Positions 11,943 through 25,639 of a DNA stretch of 64,000 bases are shown here, one piece after another. The notes beneath the pieces were generated by a model. The model did no database searches. It worked only from the letters and a program-made list of their open reading frames with translations, and had not been told where the DNA came from. Made by a program: the position numbers and the translations under genes. Origin of the DNA: Chiloscyllium plagiosum (taxonomy: Eukaryota); the NCBI RefSeq assembly GCF_004010195.1, contig NC_057718.1, positions 51,417,941 through 51,481,940 on the forward strand, in the 5' to 3' direction. Numbering within the stretch: the stretch's first letter is position 1; each line of letters begins with the position of its first letter.

Positions 11943-13109
11943 ATTAATTAGCGAGGGAGGTCAAATTTCATAACTCTCCAACAACTTCCGATATTGCCGA
12001 AGAAGATTAAGAGAAAATGCATCAACAAGGGCTGTTGCAATTAAGATATCCTTGACTATTCCTGAGGTTCACAAGTGGCACAAGTAGAATTGCTATCCTG
12101 AAAAATGACAAAACTAGCTAAAACAAGTGATGGTCTGTTAACTAAATGGACAATACAATTGAATCAATCTGAAAGGAAATTTAAGAACACTCCTATACCA
12201 ATATAATAGCTTTAGAAAAAGATCAATGATGTGCTTCAATAACCTGAGGACATTAAGATGGTTGGGACTATTTTTTCTGAAGTTTCTAAAACTCCCAACA
12301 AAAATCAAATGAAGGACTACAATTAAATTGAACCTCCAGGTTTCCAGGACAGAATGCATTATGCTACATAAGAAAATAGAGAAAAAATGAAACACTGAAA
12401 AGGGAGCCTACTCGTCCAAAGTAGAATGTCAAGCTGAAGGGAGGTGGTGAATAGAGTTCCAGCATTTATTTGATCAGGATTTGTAATCCCATTTTATAAA
12501 CCCAGACCAGATCACTAAGTAATTTGTTATGATCTAGATAGGAAGCAGCAATTTTTTTGTTTTAAGACAGAAGTTAATATCAGGGGATGTTTAAAGGGAA
12601 TAAAGCTATAGAATTCCACAGTTTATCACAAAATACTTTACTATGCAAAGTAATGTAGTCAACAAGACATCATGGAGTAACATGTGGTAAACTATTCACC
12701 ATAATTAAACATCCTCAGCATTCATTAAATGTCAAAATTGATTAAGACTTTCCCTTAGATTTCTCAATAACTCATGTCAGATGTTAAAATAAAAGTGCAG
12801 TACCAAATCTCATTAACTTCACAAAGGATCTCACTTCTTCACGTCTGCTGAGCTGGCTTAAAATTTCATCTGAGAAGCCATTTCATTATTGCCTGCCTCA
12901 ACAACTGTTTCAGTTCTGGTCTGCTCCCCTTGTACTCTGAAAACTGCACCCCAGTATTTGGTCACAGACACAATTCCATCTTTTCCTTCACTGAACTAAA
13001 AATTGTTGCAGGGTTTTCCTTGAACTCTAACCTTGCTCTGTTGCATCAAGCAAATACTGCTTGTGGTTTATCAAACCTACTCTCTCAACTCCAGTGAAGT
13101 AGTAATGTT

Positions 13110-13505
13110 CACACACAGAAACAGAAATTGCTGGAGAAACTCAACAAATCTGGTTGCACCAGTGGAGAAAAAACAGAGTTTATGTTTTGGGTCCAGTGAC
13201 CTTTTTTTCAGAACTGCTTGGAGCTAGGAAAAGGTGGAATATACACTGAAAATGGGATCGGGCGCAGGAAGAGAAATAAATGAAAAGTGAAGATGGAGCT
13301 CAGAGAAAGAAAACAATTGGACAAGGGTCCTCAAATGGAAATGTGATGGTGTTCGCATTCTATCTGCAATAATGACCCTGAGCTTTAACACATCACAGTG
13401 TTCCCTGGCCAACACCTCTGTTTCAGGATTGCTGCAGTCGTCCAGTGAAGCTCGGCACGAGCTGGGAGAACAGCTTCTCATTTTCCACTTGGGGACCCTG
13501 CAGCC
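13110..13505 (-). mobile_element. Older PLE-family terminal fragment
   Basis: aaacagaaattgctggagaaactca...ttcagaac terminus shared with 22014, 28681 and 36470. Also contains ttccacttggggaccctgcagcc, resembling the PLE endonuclease end in the opposite orientation. Confidence 0.6.
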
Positions 13506-14289
13506 TATTAAATTCCTTGCAATAAGGGAGTTGAAGTGAATTTTGCTACTGAATGACTCTGAAACTCTCTTTTACCCCAGACATTTACAATGTTATCATT
13601 TTCACAGAATGCTAGCTTTCAGCACATAGAATGCCTACAAACAAAGAGTGATCAGACCTACTGCAACTACAGTTTCTACATAATCTACACAAATGAACTT
13701 GGCATTGAAACAAATTGTAGCACTACTAACATTGAAAGAAAAAGAACAAACAGGGACAGAGAATGGAGGAAATAATATACATAAGTGTTACGATTGGGAA
13801 AGCAAACAAAAAAAATTAGCATGTATTAATACAAAGAGCTTGAACTAAATTAAAATATCTGAAACATCACTGAATAGTAGAAGGCAATTTAGAAGGAAAA
13901 CTAAAAGCAATAGTACACATGCCACTTTCAATGCTGAGATAATAAGGCAGAGTAATTTATAAAAGCTAGCTGAATTCATGGAGATAAATGCAGAACTGTG
14001 CAACACAAATTACAACATATTATACCAACATTTTACAATAATAAAAGGGAGAAGGTTTTAACTATCAGCAGGTAATCTGCGGGAAACTACTACTTTCAAG
14101 TAATTTTCTGCCTGCACACAGCAACATTAGCCAAAGTGATTTTAACTGTTGGGCTTCAGTAATGTGCTGCTGTCCAAATTCTGACCTGAAATATTTAAGC
14201 AGAGAAAGGCTGGCAGCTCACAGAAATGTGGACTCTCTCCTGTGCATTAAAAACATCTGACCTTATGAATTAACAGCAACAGTAAGCTG

Positions 14290-15075
14290 CTGATCACTTG
14301 AACCTATTCCACAATTCAATAATCTCATGGCTGATTTGATTTACTTCACATTCCTGCTCAGCCTCAATAACATTCCACCTCATTGGATGTTAAGAATCTA
14401 TGTACGTATAAATTTATTCAAATACCCTGTCTTTTGAGGAAGAGTTTTAAAAACTCACAACCCTCTGTGAGAAATATTTTTCCTAACTTCCGTCTTAAAT
14501 GGTGATTCCTTATTTTTAAAAAGTGACCCCTGATTCTAGATTATTTTACACAAGAAAACATCTTTTTCACATTTACTCTGTCAAGAATCCTCAAGATGTT
14601 GTATGTTTGACTCATTTGTCTCTTACTTTTCTACATTCCAATAGATATAAGTTCAATTTGTCCAACATTTTCAATTAAAATAATGCACTCACCCCAGGTA
14701 TTAGCCCAGTAAATCTTCTCTGCATTGTTCATTACATCCTTTCTTAAATAAGAAGAACAATACTATACACTATGGTCCAGATGTATTATTGCCAACGGAT
14801 ACAAGCCACTGAAGTCTAACATCTCTACTTTTGCTGTCAGTTTCTCTTGCAACAAAGGATACTACAGAGACCTAGTTATCAAATGTTTTCTGAAAAACTA
14901 AGTATAGTACATAAACTGGCTCCCCTTTATCTATAGCTCATGTTACTTCCTCAAAGAACTACAATAAACAAGTTAAATAAGATTTTCTCCTCACAGAAAC
15001 ATGTTAATTCTTCCAGATTACTTTAAGTGTCCTTCAATAATGACTTCAATAATAGCTTCTAGCATTTTTCCAATG
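14290..15075 (-). mobile_element. Old decayed CR1
   Basis: Reverse-strand CR1 3' motifs (accctctgtgagaa, gtgacccctgattctaga, ggtccagatg). Confidence 0.7.
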
Positions 15076-15792
15076 GCAAAGCTATAAATCCCTACTAAAA
15101 ACATGGTTACTTATCACAGCTAATCCTGCATTTTTTTCTACCTTCCTGATCTATCTAAATATCACGTACTTTTAAATATTCAGGTCACTATCTGCGTCAT
15201 CCTGCAACATATCTCTATAATGGTGACCAGATTAGATATATTTACCTCTACTTGTGCTATCAGTAGGCTATTTTGTTATTAATGCGACAAGCATTCAGAT
15301 ATAAACTTTTTGTTTTGTTCTGTTATTATTTTTGTAACCTCTAGCCTTATCTGCTGATTTACTCTTATTCTTTCCTGTAACAGTCCATTTATCATATTCC
15401 ACCTTAATACTTTCCTCTTTTGCATTGTCTCCACTCTATTACTTCCCAAATTTATTTCCTTGACCCAATTATGTAGTTTGCCCCCCTCTCTGCCACTTTA
15501 ATTACATTATTCACTAGAATACAGACTCCAGAACAGTTGAAGTGAAGGCCGCCCCATTGGTGCAGGTCCTATTATTCTCGGGTACTGGTACCAATAGCCC
15601 AAAACCCATTTCTCCTGCACCAATCTTTCATTTCTCACTCATCTATCTAATTTCATTTATCCAAAGCCAATTTGTTTGTTATTCAACTAATAATGCAAAA
15701 ATTATTATCCTGAAGATTTTGTTTTAAAATACTTTCTTAGCAAAATGTTCTTCCTAAATTTACATATGTTGTTGGCACCTTGATGGACCATT

Positions 15793-16145
15793 TGGGTGGC
15801 ACAGTGATTATCACTGCTACCTCTCAGTGCCAAAGACCAGGGTGCAATCCCAGCCTTGGGATGCTGTCTGTTTGGAATTTGAACATTCTCCCTGTGTCTT
15901 TGTGGGTTTCTGATGGGTGCTTAGGTTTCCTCTCACAGTGCAAAGACCTGCAGGTTAGGTGGATTGGCCATGCTAAATCACCCTGCAGTGTCCAGCAATG
16001 TGCAGATTAGGTGGATTAGCCATGGGAAATGAGGAGATATCGGAATAACGTCTGAGGTCAAGGTCTGGTTGGAATGCTCTTCGGACAGTCAGTCCAGACT
16101 CAATGGGCCAAATGGCCTCTATTGGCACTGTAGGGATTCTATGAT
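15793..16145 (+). mobile_element. Diverged HE1-like V-SINE
   Basis: Degenerate A/B boxes, V core, gtagggattctatga tail. Confidence 0.85.
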
Positions 16146-16451
16146 AATGATTGGCTTCTCCACTTGCCCTTTCAATTCCTTCACTAGCCCTGAGTGGGCC
16201 TGACTCTGGAACTGGGCAGAGCCATCTGGACTTTCATTCTTTGCCGCAGAGAGCTGTGTCTAGCCCCTTGACTACACTGTCCCCTACTATCATTCATTCC
16301 TATCGAAACCCACTACTTGAATGGCTTCCTGTACCATGGTGCCATGGTCAGTTTGTTCATTAACCCTCAATATCCCCCCACCTTCACTGTTGCCCATACA
16401 GGCTGTAAGAAGATATAGGGAAGTGATAGTAGAATGGTATTATTGCTCTGG

Positions 16452-16580
16452 TCCAGTTCTGAAGAAGAGTCTTTGAATTCAAAATACTAACTCTGTTTTT
16501 CTCTGCAGATGCTGTCAGACCTGCTGTGTTTTCTGTGTCTTTTCTGTTTTCATTTAAGATTTTCAGTATTTGCAGTATTT
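16452..16580 (+). mobile_element. Older PLE terminal fragment with degenerate hammerhead
   Basis: gttctgaagaagagtc...aactctgttt...cagatgctgtcagacctgctg. Confidence 0.65.
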
Positions 16581-16651
16581 TACTTTTTGAATCACTGACA
16601 GCAACTTTTGAATTTCTGTATTTACTTGCACATGTGCATACTCCAGAGGTA

Positions 16652-16966
16652 GCAGCATGGTGGATCAGTGGTCAGCACTGCTGTCTCACAGCACAAGGGA
16701 TGCAGGTTTGATTCTAGCCTTGGGCAACTGCGTGGAGTTTGCACATTTTCCCTGTGTCTGGGTGGGTTTCCTCCCACAGCCCAAAGATGTGCAGGTTAGG
16801 TGAATTGGCCGTGCTAAATTGCCCATAGTGTTCAGGGATGTGTAGGTTAGGTCCGTTATTCAGGCCCATATATAGGGGAGGGAATGTGTCTGGGTCGGTT
16901 ACGCTTTGGAGGGTCTGTGTGGACTTGTTGGGCCGAAGGACCTGTTTCCACACTGTAGGGATTCTA
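16652..16966 (+). mobile_element. Diverged HE1-like V-SINE
   Basis: V core and ggacttgttgggccgaaggacctgtttccacactgtagggattcta tail. Confidence 0.88.
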
Positions 16967-17661
16967 GTTCAATAATGACAGCAAAGCCTACCAGTTGCAC
17001 CACCTTTATTAAAGTAAAATCGGGGCCATTAATTCCATCTGTTAGCAGATGAGTGTGATTATCTTCATTAAAAAACACAGGGAGTCAATGAGATACACTT
17101 TATTTGATAATGAGCATTTCTGCTTCTCCTGCCTCTACAAAAATAATTTTACCTTTATGATGGTTCTTCTGAAAAATTGGTCGTGTAAATGGGACAGCAC
17201 GTATCTAAATACATACCCAGCTGCCTATCAAAATTGCCGTCATGTCCTCAGTACTCAGAGGAACTTGATTTACAGACTAAAACAGGTTGATGCTGTGGTC
17301 ACACAATGCAAAGATCCTTCTGAAAATGGTGGAACCAACATAAATAGTGGGATCCTATTGTTGGAGTGATGCCATTCAATACATGTCATCTAAGTTAAAA
17401 TCTGCTCCAATAACTTATGAGGATCCTTTACAGAATATGCTTATGCAACCACAAATACTTGGTACACATAAGTTGGCAGCTCAAATCTGCCTTGAATTTG
17501 GTACTAATTAGTAGTCTTACTTTTACAGTCCTTCGACTGGGGAGTGTGCCAACTGACATTGTTGTAGTAGTGTAAAAAGAAACTGTAGTTGATGCCAACG
17601 TGATAATGTATGCCTGAAATTAGAAAATGTGCAGTTTGTTATGTAATGTTTAGTGTTCAGT

Positions 17662-17935
17662 CTTGGGATGTGAGTGACACTGGCTGGGCCAGTATTTATT
17701 GCCCAAACCTAGTTGTCCGTGAAAAGGTGGTTGTCAGCTGCCTTCTTAAACTACTGCTGTAGGTAGCCCCAAACTACCATTTGGGATGGAGTTCCAGGAA
17801 TTTTCACCCAGCAACAGTGAAAGAACAATGATATATTTTCAAGCCAGGATCATAGGTACTTCGAGTGGAACTCACAGGTGGCAGTGTTCCTATATATTTG
17901 TTGCATTTGTCCTTCTATATGGTAGTGGTCATGAG
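17662..17935 (-). mobile_element. 3' tail of the old LINE family
   Basis: Reverse complement of the tail seen at 23700-23960 and 60170-60425. Confidence 0.7.
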
Positions 17936-18387
17936 TTTCCTTTTTCACTAACAAATTGTTCATTTGTCCACAAGGCTATGGAGGCTTGAGTAACTTTACT
18001 CCTTTCTTATCACAGGTTTATAATACCACTCACTGTAGGTTATTTTCAACTCATGATGAAAGATTCATTTGCATGTTCTAGATTGTAGATTGATTTGCTT
18101 TTCAGCTTAACAATAATGGATTTAATAGTTTAAAATGAAGTGCTTGGAACATGTGACTGTGGTTTGTGCAACTACAATGATACCTATCTTGATGACATCA
18201 TGATATGAATTGCTTCATGTGGTTGTAGTTTATTTCCAAATAGAATCATGCTGAAACATAGAGAGAACTGAAATATCCAAACATGTGACATATAATTAGT
18301 TAGTCAAGACACTTTGTTTAAATAGTATTTTCACAACTTTGTCAGCCTTGGCTAGATCTTTGTTAGTAAACTAAAACAAAGAGCTGT

Positions 18388-18782
18388 GGGCGTCTCGGAC
18401 CGTGTCTTCAGAATCCTTAAGGGGGAGGGTGTGCAGCCAGAAGTCGTGGTGCACGTTGGCACCAATGACATAGGTAGGAAGAGGGGTGGGGAGGTCATTC
18501 AAGAGCTCAGGGAGTTAGGCTGGAAGCTAAAAGCTAGGACAGACAGAGTCGTCATCTCTGGGTTGTTGCCGGTGCCACGTGACAGTGAGGCAAGGAATAG
18601 GGAAAGAGTGCAGTTGAACATGTGGCTGCAAGGATGGTGTAGGAGAGAGGGCGTCAGGTATTTGGACAATTGGACTGCATTCTGGGGAAGGTGGGACCTG
18701 TACAAGCAGGACGGGCTGCACCAGAACCAGAAGGGCACCAATATCCTGGGCGGTAGGTTTGCTAGCACTCTTCGGGGGGGTT
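18388..18782 (+). pseudogene. CR1 ORF1 SGNH/GDSL esterase domain (partial)
   Basis: PEVVVHVGTNDIG (block III GxND), VISGLLPVP, DGLH (block V DxxH). Confidence 0.9.
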
Positions 18783-19323
18783 NNNNNNNNNNNNNNNNNN
18801 NNNNNNNNNNNNNNNNNNNNNNNNNNNNNNNNNNNNNNNNNNNNNNNNNNNNNNNNNNNNNNNNNNNNNNNNNNNNNNNNNNNNNNNNNNNNNNNNNNNN
18901 NNNNNNNNNNNNNNNNNNNNNNNNNNNNNNNNNNNNNNNNNNNNNNNNNNNNNNNNNNNNNNNNNNNNNNNNNNNNNNNNNNNNNNNNNNNNNNNNNNNN
19001 NNNNNNNNNNNNNNNNNNNNNNNNNNNNNNNNNNNNNNNNNNNNNNNNNNNNNNNNNNNNNNNNNNNNNNNNNNNNNNNNNNNNNNNNNNNNNNNNNNNN
19101 NNNNNNNNNNNNNNNNNNNNNNNNNNNNNNNNNNNNNNNNNNNNNNNNNNNNNNNNNNNNNNNNNNNNNNNNNNNNNNNNNNNNNNNNNNNNNNNNNNNN
19201 NNNNNNNNNNNNNNNNNNNNNNNNNNNNNNNNNNNNNNNNNNNNNNNNNNNNNNNNNNNNNNNNNNNNNNNNNNNNNNNNNNNNNNNNNNNNNNNNNNNN
19301 NNNNNNNNNNNNNNNNNNNNNNN
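18783..19323. other. Assembly gap (N run)
   Basis: Continuous n. Confidence 1.
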
Positions 19324-21925
19324 TGTTTCAGTAGGATTAGGGAGGGTGGGAAAAAAGGAGGGGGGGTGGCATTGCTAATTAGAAATGGTATAACGGCTGT
19401 AGAAAGGAAGTTTGAGGGGGATCTGCCTCTGGAGGTAGTATGGGCTGAAGTCAGAAATAGGAAAGGTGCAGTCACCTTGTTGGGTGTTTACTCTCGGCCC
19501 CCCAATAGCAGCAGAGATGTGGAGGAACAGATTGGGAAACAGATTTTGGAAAGGTGCAGAAGCCACAGGGTCGTAGTCATGGGCGACTTCAACTTCCCAA
19601 ATATTGATTGGAAGCTCTTTAGATCAAGTAGATTGGATGGGGCGGTGTTTGTGCAGTGTGTCCAGGAAGCTTTTCTAACGTAGTATGTAGATTGTCCAAC
19701 CAGAGGGGAGGCCATATTGGATTTGGTACTCGGTAATGAACCGGGACAAGTGGTGGGCTTGTTAGTGGGTGAACATTTTGGTGATGGTGACCACAATTCT
19801 GTGACTTTCACCTTGGTTATGGAGAGAGATAGGTGTGCACAACAAGGTAGATTTTATAATTGGGGGAAGGGAAATTACGATGCTGTAAGGCAGGATTTGA
19901 GGAGCATACGTTGGGAGCATAGGCTGTCAGGGAAGGATGTGGTGGAAATGTGGAACTTTTTCAAAGAGCAGATACTACGTGTCCATGATATGTATGTACC
20001 TATCAGGCAGGGAAGAAATGGTCGTGTGAGGGAGCCTTGGTTGATGAGAGAGGTTGAATGTCTGGTAAAGAGGAAGAAGGAGGCTTACATAAGGTTGAGG
20101 AAACAGAATTCGGACAGAGCAGTGGAGGGATACAGGATAGCCAGAAGGGACCTGAAGAAAGGGATTAGGAGAGCTAAGAGAGGGCATGAAAAATCGTTGG
20201 TGGATAGGATCAAGGATAACCCCAAGGCATTTTATGCGTATGTGAGAAACATGAGAATGACAAGAACGAGTGTAGGTCCGATCAAGGACAGTAGTGGGAG
20301 ACTGTGTATTGAGTCGGAAGAGATAGGAGAGGTCTTGAACAAGTACTTCTCTTCAGTATTTACGAACGAGAGGGACCGTATTGTAGAAGAGGAGAGTGTG
20401 AAATGGACTGGTAAGCTAGAGGAGATACTTGTTAGGAAGGAAGATGTGTTGGACATTTTGAATAACTTGAGGATAGACAAGTCCCCCGGGCCTGACGGGA
20501 TATATGCTAGGATTATGTGGGAAGCAAGAGAGGAAATTGCAGTACCGTTGGCAATGATCTTCTCGTCTTCACTGGCAACGGGGGTGGTACCAGGGGACTG
20601 GAGAGTAGCGAATGTTGTGCCTCTGTTCAAAAAAGGGAATAGGGATAACCCCGGGAATTACAGGCCTGTTAGTCTTACTTCTGTGGTAGGCAAAGTAATG
20701 GAAAGGGTACTGAGGGATAGGATTTATGAGTATCTGGAAGGTCACTGCTTGATTAGGGACAGCCAGCACGGATTTGTGAAGGGTAGGTCTTGCCTTACAA
20801 GTCTTATTGTATTCTTTGAGGAGGTGACCAAGCATGTGGATGAGGGTAGAGCAGTGGATGTAGTGTACATGGATTTTAGTCAGGCATTTGATAAGGTTCC
20901 CCATGGTAGGCTTATGCGGAAAGTTAGGAGGCATGGGATAGAGGGAAATTTGGCCAATTGGATAGAAAACTGGCTAACCGGTCGAAGGCAGAGAGTGGTG
21001 GTAGATGGTAAATATTCAGCCTGGAGCCCAGTTACAAGTGGAGTTCTGCAGGGATCAGTTCTGGGTCCTCTGCTGTTTGTAATTTTTATTAATGACTTAG
21101 ATGAGGGAGTCGAAGGGTGGGTCAGTAAATTTGCAGATGATACGAAGATAGGTGGAGTTGTGGACAGTGAGGAGGGCTGTTGTCGGCTGCAGAGGGACTT
21201 AGATATGATGCAGAGCTGGGCTGAGGAGTGGTAGATGGAGTTCAACCCTGCCAAGTGTGAGGTTGTCCATTTTGGAAGAACAAATAAGAATGCGGAATTC
21301 AGGGTTAATGGTAGGGTTCTTAGTCAGGTGGAGGAACAGAGGGATCTTGGGGTCTATGTACATAGATCTTTGAAGGTTGCCACTCAGGTGGATAGAGTTT
21401 GTAAGAAGGCCTATGGAGTATTATCGTTCATTAGCAGAGGGATTGAATTCAAGAGTCGTGAAGTGATGTTGCAGCTGTACAGGACTTTGGTTAGGCCACA
21501 GTTGGAGTACTGTGTGCAGTTCTGGTCGCCTCACTTTAGGAAAGATGTGGAAGCTTTGGAGAGGGTGCAGAGAAGATTTACCAGGATGTTGCCTGGAATG
21601 GAGAGGAAGTCGTACGAGGATAGGTTGAGAGTTCTCGGCCTTTTCTCGTTGGAACGGCGAAGGATGAGGGGTGACTTGATCGAGGTTTATAAGATGATCA
21701 GAGGAATAGATAGAGTATAGACAGTCAGAGACTTTTCCCCCGGGTACAACAGAGTGTTACAAGGGGACATAAATTTAAGGTGAAGGGTGGAAGGTATAGG
21801 GGAGATGTCAGGGGTGGGTTCTTTACCCAGAGAGTGGTGGGGGCATGGAATGCACTGCCTGTGGGAGTGGTAGAGTCAGAATCTTTGGTGACCTTTAAGC
21901 GGCAATTGGATAGGTACATGGATGG
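19324..21925 (+). pseudogene. CR1 ORF2 apurinic-like endonuclease + reverse transcriptase, disabled
   Basis: GVYSRPP, MGDFNFP, LDLVLGN, GDH (APE); [45 protein letters not shown] (RT). In-frame TAG at 19681 and 21232; apparent frameshift near 21718. Confidence 0.95.
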
Positions 21926-22013
21926 GTGCTTAAGCTAGGACAAATGTTCGGCACAACATCGTGGGCCGAAGGGCCTGTTCTGTGCTGTATTGTTCTATGT
22001 TCTATGTTCTATG

Positions 22014-22130
22014 AAATCTTACGTGAAGACAGAATACACTGGAGAAACTCAGCAGATCTGGCAGCAACTGTGCAGCAAGAAACAGAGTTAATGTTTAGAC
22101 TCCAGTACCCTTCATCAAACTGAAAGCAGC
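22014..22130 (-). mobile_element. Older PLE terminal fragment split by the CR1 (other half at ~18372-18387)
   Basis: aaaacaaagagctgt | gaaatct...ctggagaaactcagcagatctggcagc rejoins to the terminus seen intact at 36424-36568. Confidence 0.6.
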
Positions 22131-22942
22131 TGTGAAATGGTACTAAGTACTCTGATGTCTGACCAAATGTGATAACCTGAAATGCTAGGTTGGAATTTTG
22201 TCTCCTTATGAGGCTGAAATCATCTCATGAAATACAGAACATACTTTTTGAAAGGAATTAATTTTCCTGTGACCTCCTGACCCTGCACTATATTTTACAG
22301 CCTATTTTGTGGGTTGAGAAGACCTTGGCTGAAAAAAACACATGTACCTCATCTGAGGTCATCTCTCCCACCCTATTGTGGGAACCACAGCAAAAATAAA
22401 ACTTTCCTTTCATGCTATTTTCACATGCTGTTACAATGTGTCCCCTCTGAGATTGGATGACCACTCAGGGAGACGGCTAATGAGTCAGCAGCATTCTGGG
22501 AAATAAGCATAAACTATTTTCACACCATCAAATGTCACTGTTGGATTCTGTGTTGTGGTGTCAATGTGATTTAAAGCAGGGATTAAACGTATTCTGCAAT
22601 TGTAGCTTGACTGTGATGTTGATAAGCATTGTTTACGTCATGACATGCATTATGACACTGTTTTTCCATTGTAGAATGCACTGTAATACGTTCAAAACTA
22701 CAGCAAAATGTGTTAAAAAGCCCTCTTTATCTTGTCTGTGATAATATGATATGATGCTGAAAGAAAGTACTCACTTTTAACAACGTAAAACATCTTTTCA
22801 ACTCCATAGCATGACAAATAATTGCCTTAAAATAGAATATCTGTTCTTTCAATTTCAGGGTTCTATGGCTGTAAATACTTGTTTTAATGGTGCTAATCAT
22901 GATGAATGATCGGCTGAGTTCCAAAACAAAATTATTATAATA

Positions 22943-23115
22943 CAGAGAAATCTTGATTATCTGAAGGACATGGCGGGAAGTATTTTGTTTGGTTAATCAA
23001 ATTCTGGATAATCGAATGCCGGATTACGTTGTTTAGCCAAGCATCGGGACCTTGCAATCTTGCCAGATAATCCGATATTCGGATAATTGAATGCCAGATA
23101 ATCGAGATTCCTCTG
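22943..23115. mobile_element. Tc1/mariner-superfamily (pogo/Tigger-like) MITE
   Basis: Imperfect TIRs cagagaaatcttgattatctg / cagataatcgagattcctctg; flanking TA at 22941-22942 and 23116-23117; internal (g/a)gataat repeats. Confidence 0.85.
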
Positions 23116-23599
23116 TACACACACCTCAATCTATTGACATAGCTTTTCAGGGAATGGCTGACAGTTTTATGTGAAGTAGTAGTACTTTCACTCTTTCATA
23201 CAATTTCAGAGAACATAATTTAGTTGCACAATTTAATGGCATTGTAAAAATTAAATTTTCTTCAGTTGAGAACAATTATTTTGAAGTATTAGGATAGATA
23301 TTTTTATGGGACCTTTATACAGTCACAAGTTTAACTATTCTAAAACCTCAATTTTAAATAATTATTATTGCCAATGCTGAAGACAGTACGTAGGGGATAC
23401 TGGAAGACTAGCCATGAAGTATATGTAACGGGTATGGAGGATGCATAGGCATTGCAAGAGAGCTCAACATGGCAAACAAAATATGAGCTGTTGGGAGATT
23501 GGTAGGAAAATAAGAGTGTTGAGGGGGGTGAGGACAAAAGGTCTGTTTAATGATATTGGGAGCAAGCTTATGTCTCTGAGAAATGAGGGAGCATTTGAA

Positions 23600-23960
23600 C
23601 AAGCCCACTTCTGCATCTACACCCCTCATATACACCAACATGGCTCACAAAGAGCATTTTCAAATGCACACCCACTGTTATCTAGAAGGACAAGGGCAGC
23701 AGATAGATGGGAACACCACCACTTGCACATTTCTGTAGGCCACTCTCCATCCTGACTTGGAAATATATCGCCATTCCTTCAGCGTCATTGGATCGAAGTC
23801 CCGGAATTCTCTCCCCTGATGCCATTCTCTCCCTGATACAACACATGGACAGCAGCAGTTCAAGAAGGAAGCTCACCACCAACTTCACTAGTGCAGCTAG
23901 GAATGAGTGATAACTGCGGGCCCAGCCAGCGGAGCCCACATCCCATGAGTGAATTTAAAA
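23600..23960 (+). mobile_element. 3' end of the old LINE family
   Basis: gaaggacaagggcagcagat...caagaaggaagctcaccacca...cccacatcccatgagtgaat, matching 60160-60420. Confidence 0.8.
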
Positions 23961-25639
23961 GCACATACCTGGACAGTACACGAAGAAGCACAAGTCCTGG
24001 GCAAAGTCACATGTGCATTGGGTATTGATATCAAATACTGCAAAGTATTTTCTTTTTGTGTAAATTCATCTTTAAGTATTTGATTTCCTGAATATGATAT
24101 CATTAGGTTCTAAGAGGTGGCCTTGTTGTCTGAGGTTGCCATGAGGAGCAGTAGCTAGAAAATACAGACTGAATAACCAGGTAATTGTTTTGGATTTGGG
24201 TCAGTCTGTCTTGAGATGAAACAAGCAAGGTGTATTTTTTTCAAATGAAAGAGTTTTCTGTTCGGTATTCTCAGCAAGTCTCTGAGAATATACCATCATT
24301 TAAAACTAATACCATTGATCTTGAGGGCTAGAAATAATGGATTCTGAATGGAGTAGACATGAAGGATTTGTAGGGCATTTAAATTATATGGATGATCTGT
24401 GAGACAAAGGTGCGGCATGTGGTATCTGAGGGATATGGATTGGCATCGGTTGATGTGAGGGGTCATGGAGGTAGCATGAAAAAATCGAGGGGTTGGCATG
24501 GAAGGGGCATGAATAACAATCTGAGATTGCATGAGTTGATGTTGTGATGAGGGATTGAGGAGTGATGATCAGGAGTCTGTTAAATGATGTAGAGAGGTGA
24601 GTTGCTGTGTTGGTCAATGGAGGTAGGCCATCTAATCAATCTGTCTCTTCATCCATATTCCAGCTACAGGAAATCATGACTTGAAAACTGCAGGCCAGAC
24701 CCCACATGAAAGAAACTGAAATCCTTGGTAAAGGTACGCCTGGATCAGGTGTGCAGTTAAGGAACCACAGAAGTACTCAAGTCATGTTTTCCCAAACCCA
24801 CATGAAAACCCGGACCTCTATCTTTATTGATGCAGCTGTGTGATTTCTAGCTATGTGTTTGGATCTCATTCTGTGATTCTATCCATTTTTAAAAAACGTT
24901 TCATGAATAATGAATAAATCAAGGTCCATGACATGGGATTCTGGGATTTTAAAACTGAAATTTCAAGGATTACACGATACCAATTTCGTATGAAGAAATC
25001 ACAAACCAGTGGCCTTGATTATGTTCTACATAGTATTTGACTACCCCAAAATGTATGTATCATTTTAATCCTAAATTACATTCTTAAACACCATCCAACT
25101 CTTCACTGAGATTTAATTAACACAGGATTATCTGGTTTAGTCAAGAGTCTGTTCTCTTAAAAAAAAACACTCTGCAGAAAGACAATCCTTATAATCATAA
25201 GGCTTTCCTCAAGCTTGTTGAATTTACACTGGTCCAGCTTTGCACTCAGACTAGTTTAAATAGCTTTCTTGCATTTATAGCCTTCATTCAGATCACCATT
25301 TTAAAAGCTAAGATCATGTTTCCTTCTAAACATGGGTTCTCTAATGAAAACAACAATCGGATCTTCATGTAGCTCTTCATATTTGGAGTAAAGGTTTTTA
25401 AATTATTCTGGTAGCTAATCTCTGAATCTTTTCCAACACATTAATTTCTTTTGAAATGAAGGTGATGGCCATTATCCAAAATCCTTCCCTTGCCAATTAT
25501 TGTTTCAAGAGGCAGATAGCTGGCATTAATGAAATGCCAGGACTGGTGAGCACAGCCATGTTAAGTGAATAAAAAAAGAACTTGCATTCATTCAATCATT
25601 TCACGACATCAGAATCTTGCAAAAGCTTAACTGCCATTA

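Larger units (their letters stand above)
18388..22013 (+). mobile_element. Young CR1 LINE, 5'-truncated within ORF1, spans an N gap
   Basis: ORF1 esterase and ORF2 APE+RT are both readable; 3' tail (tgttcta)n at 21991-22013. Confidence 0.97.

Noticed and set aside
18386..19475. Long ORFs of 190-330 aa in the track
   Set aside because: Their length comes from translating the N gap; only the CR1 ORF1 and APE parts are real.
19717..21234. 505-aa RT ORF as a functional or novel gene
   Set aside because: It is the stretch of CR1 ORF2 between two nonsense codons.
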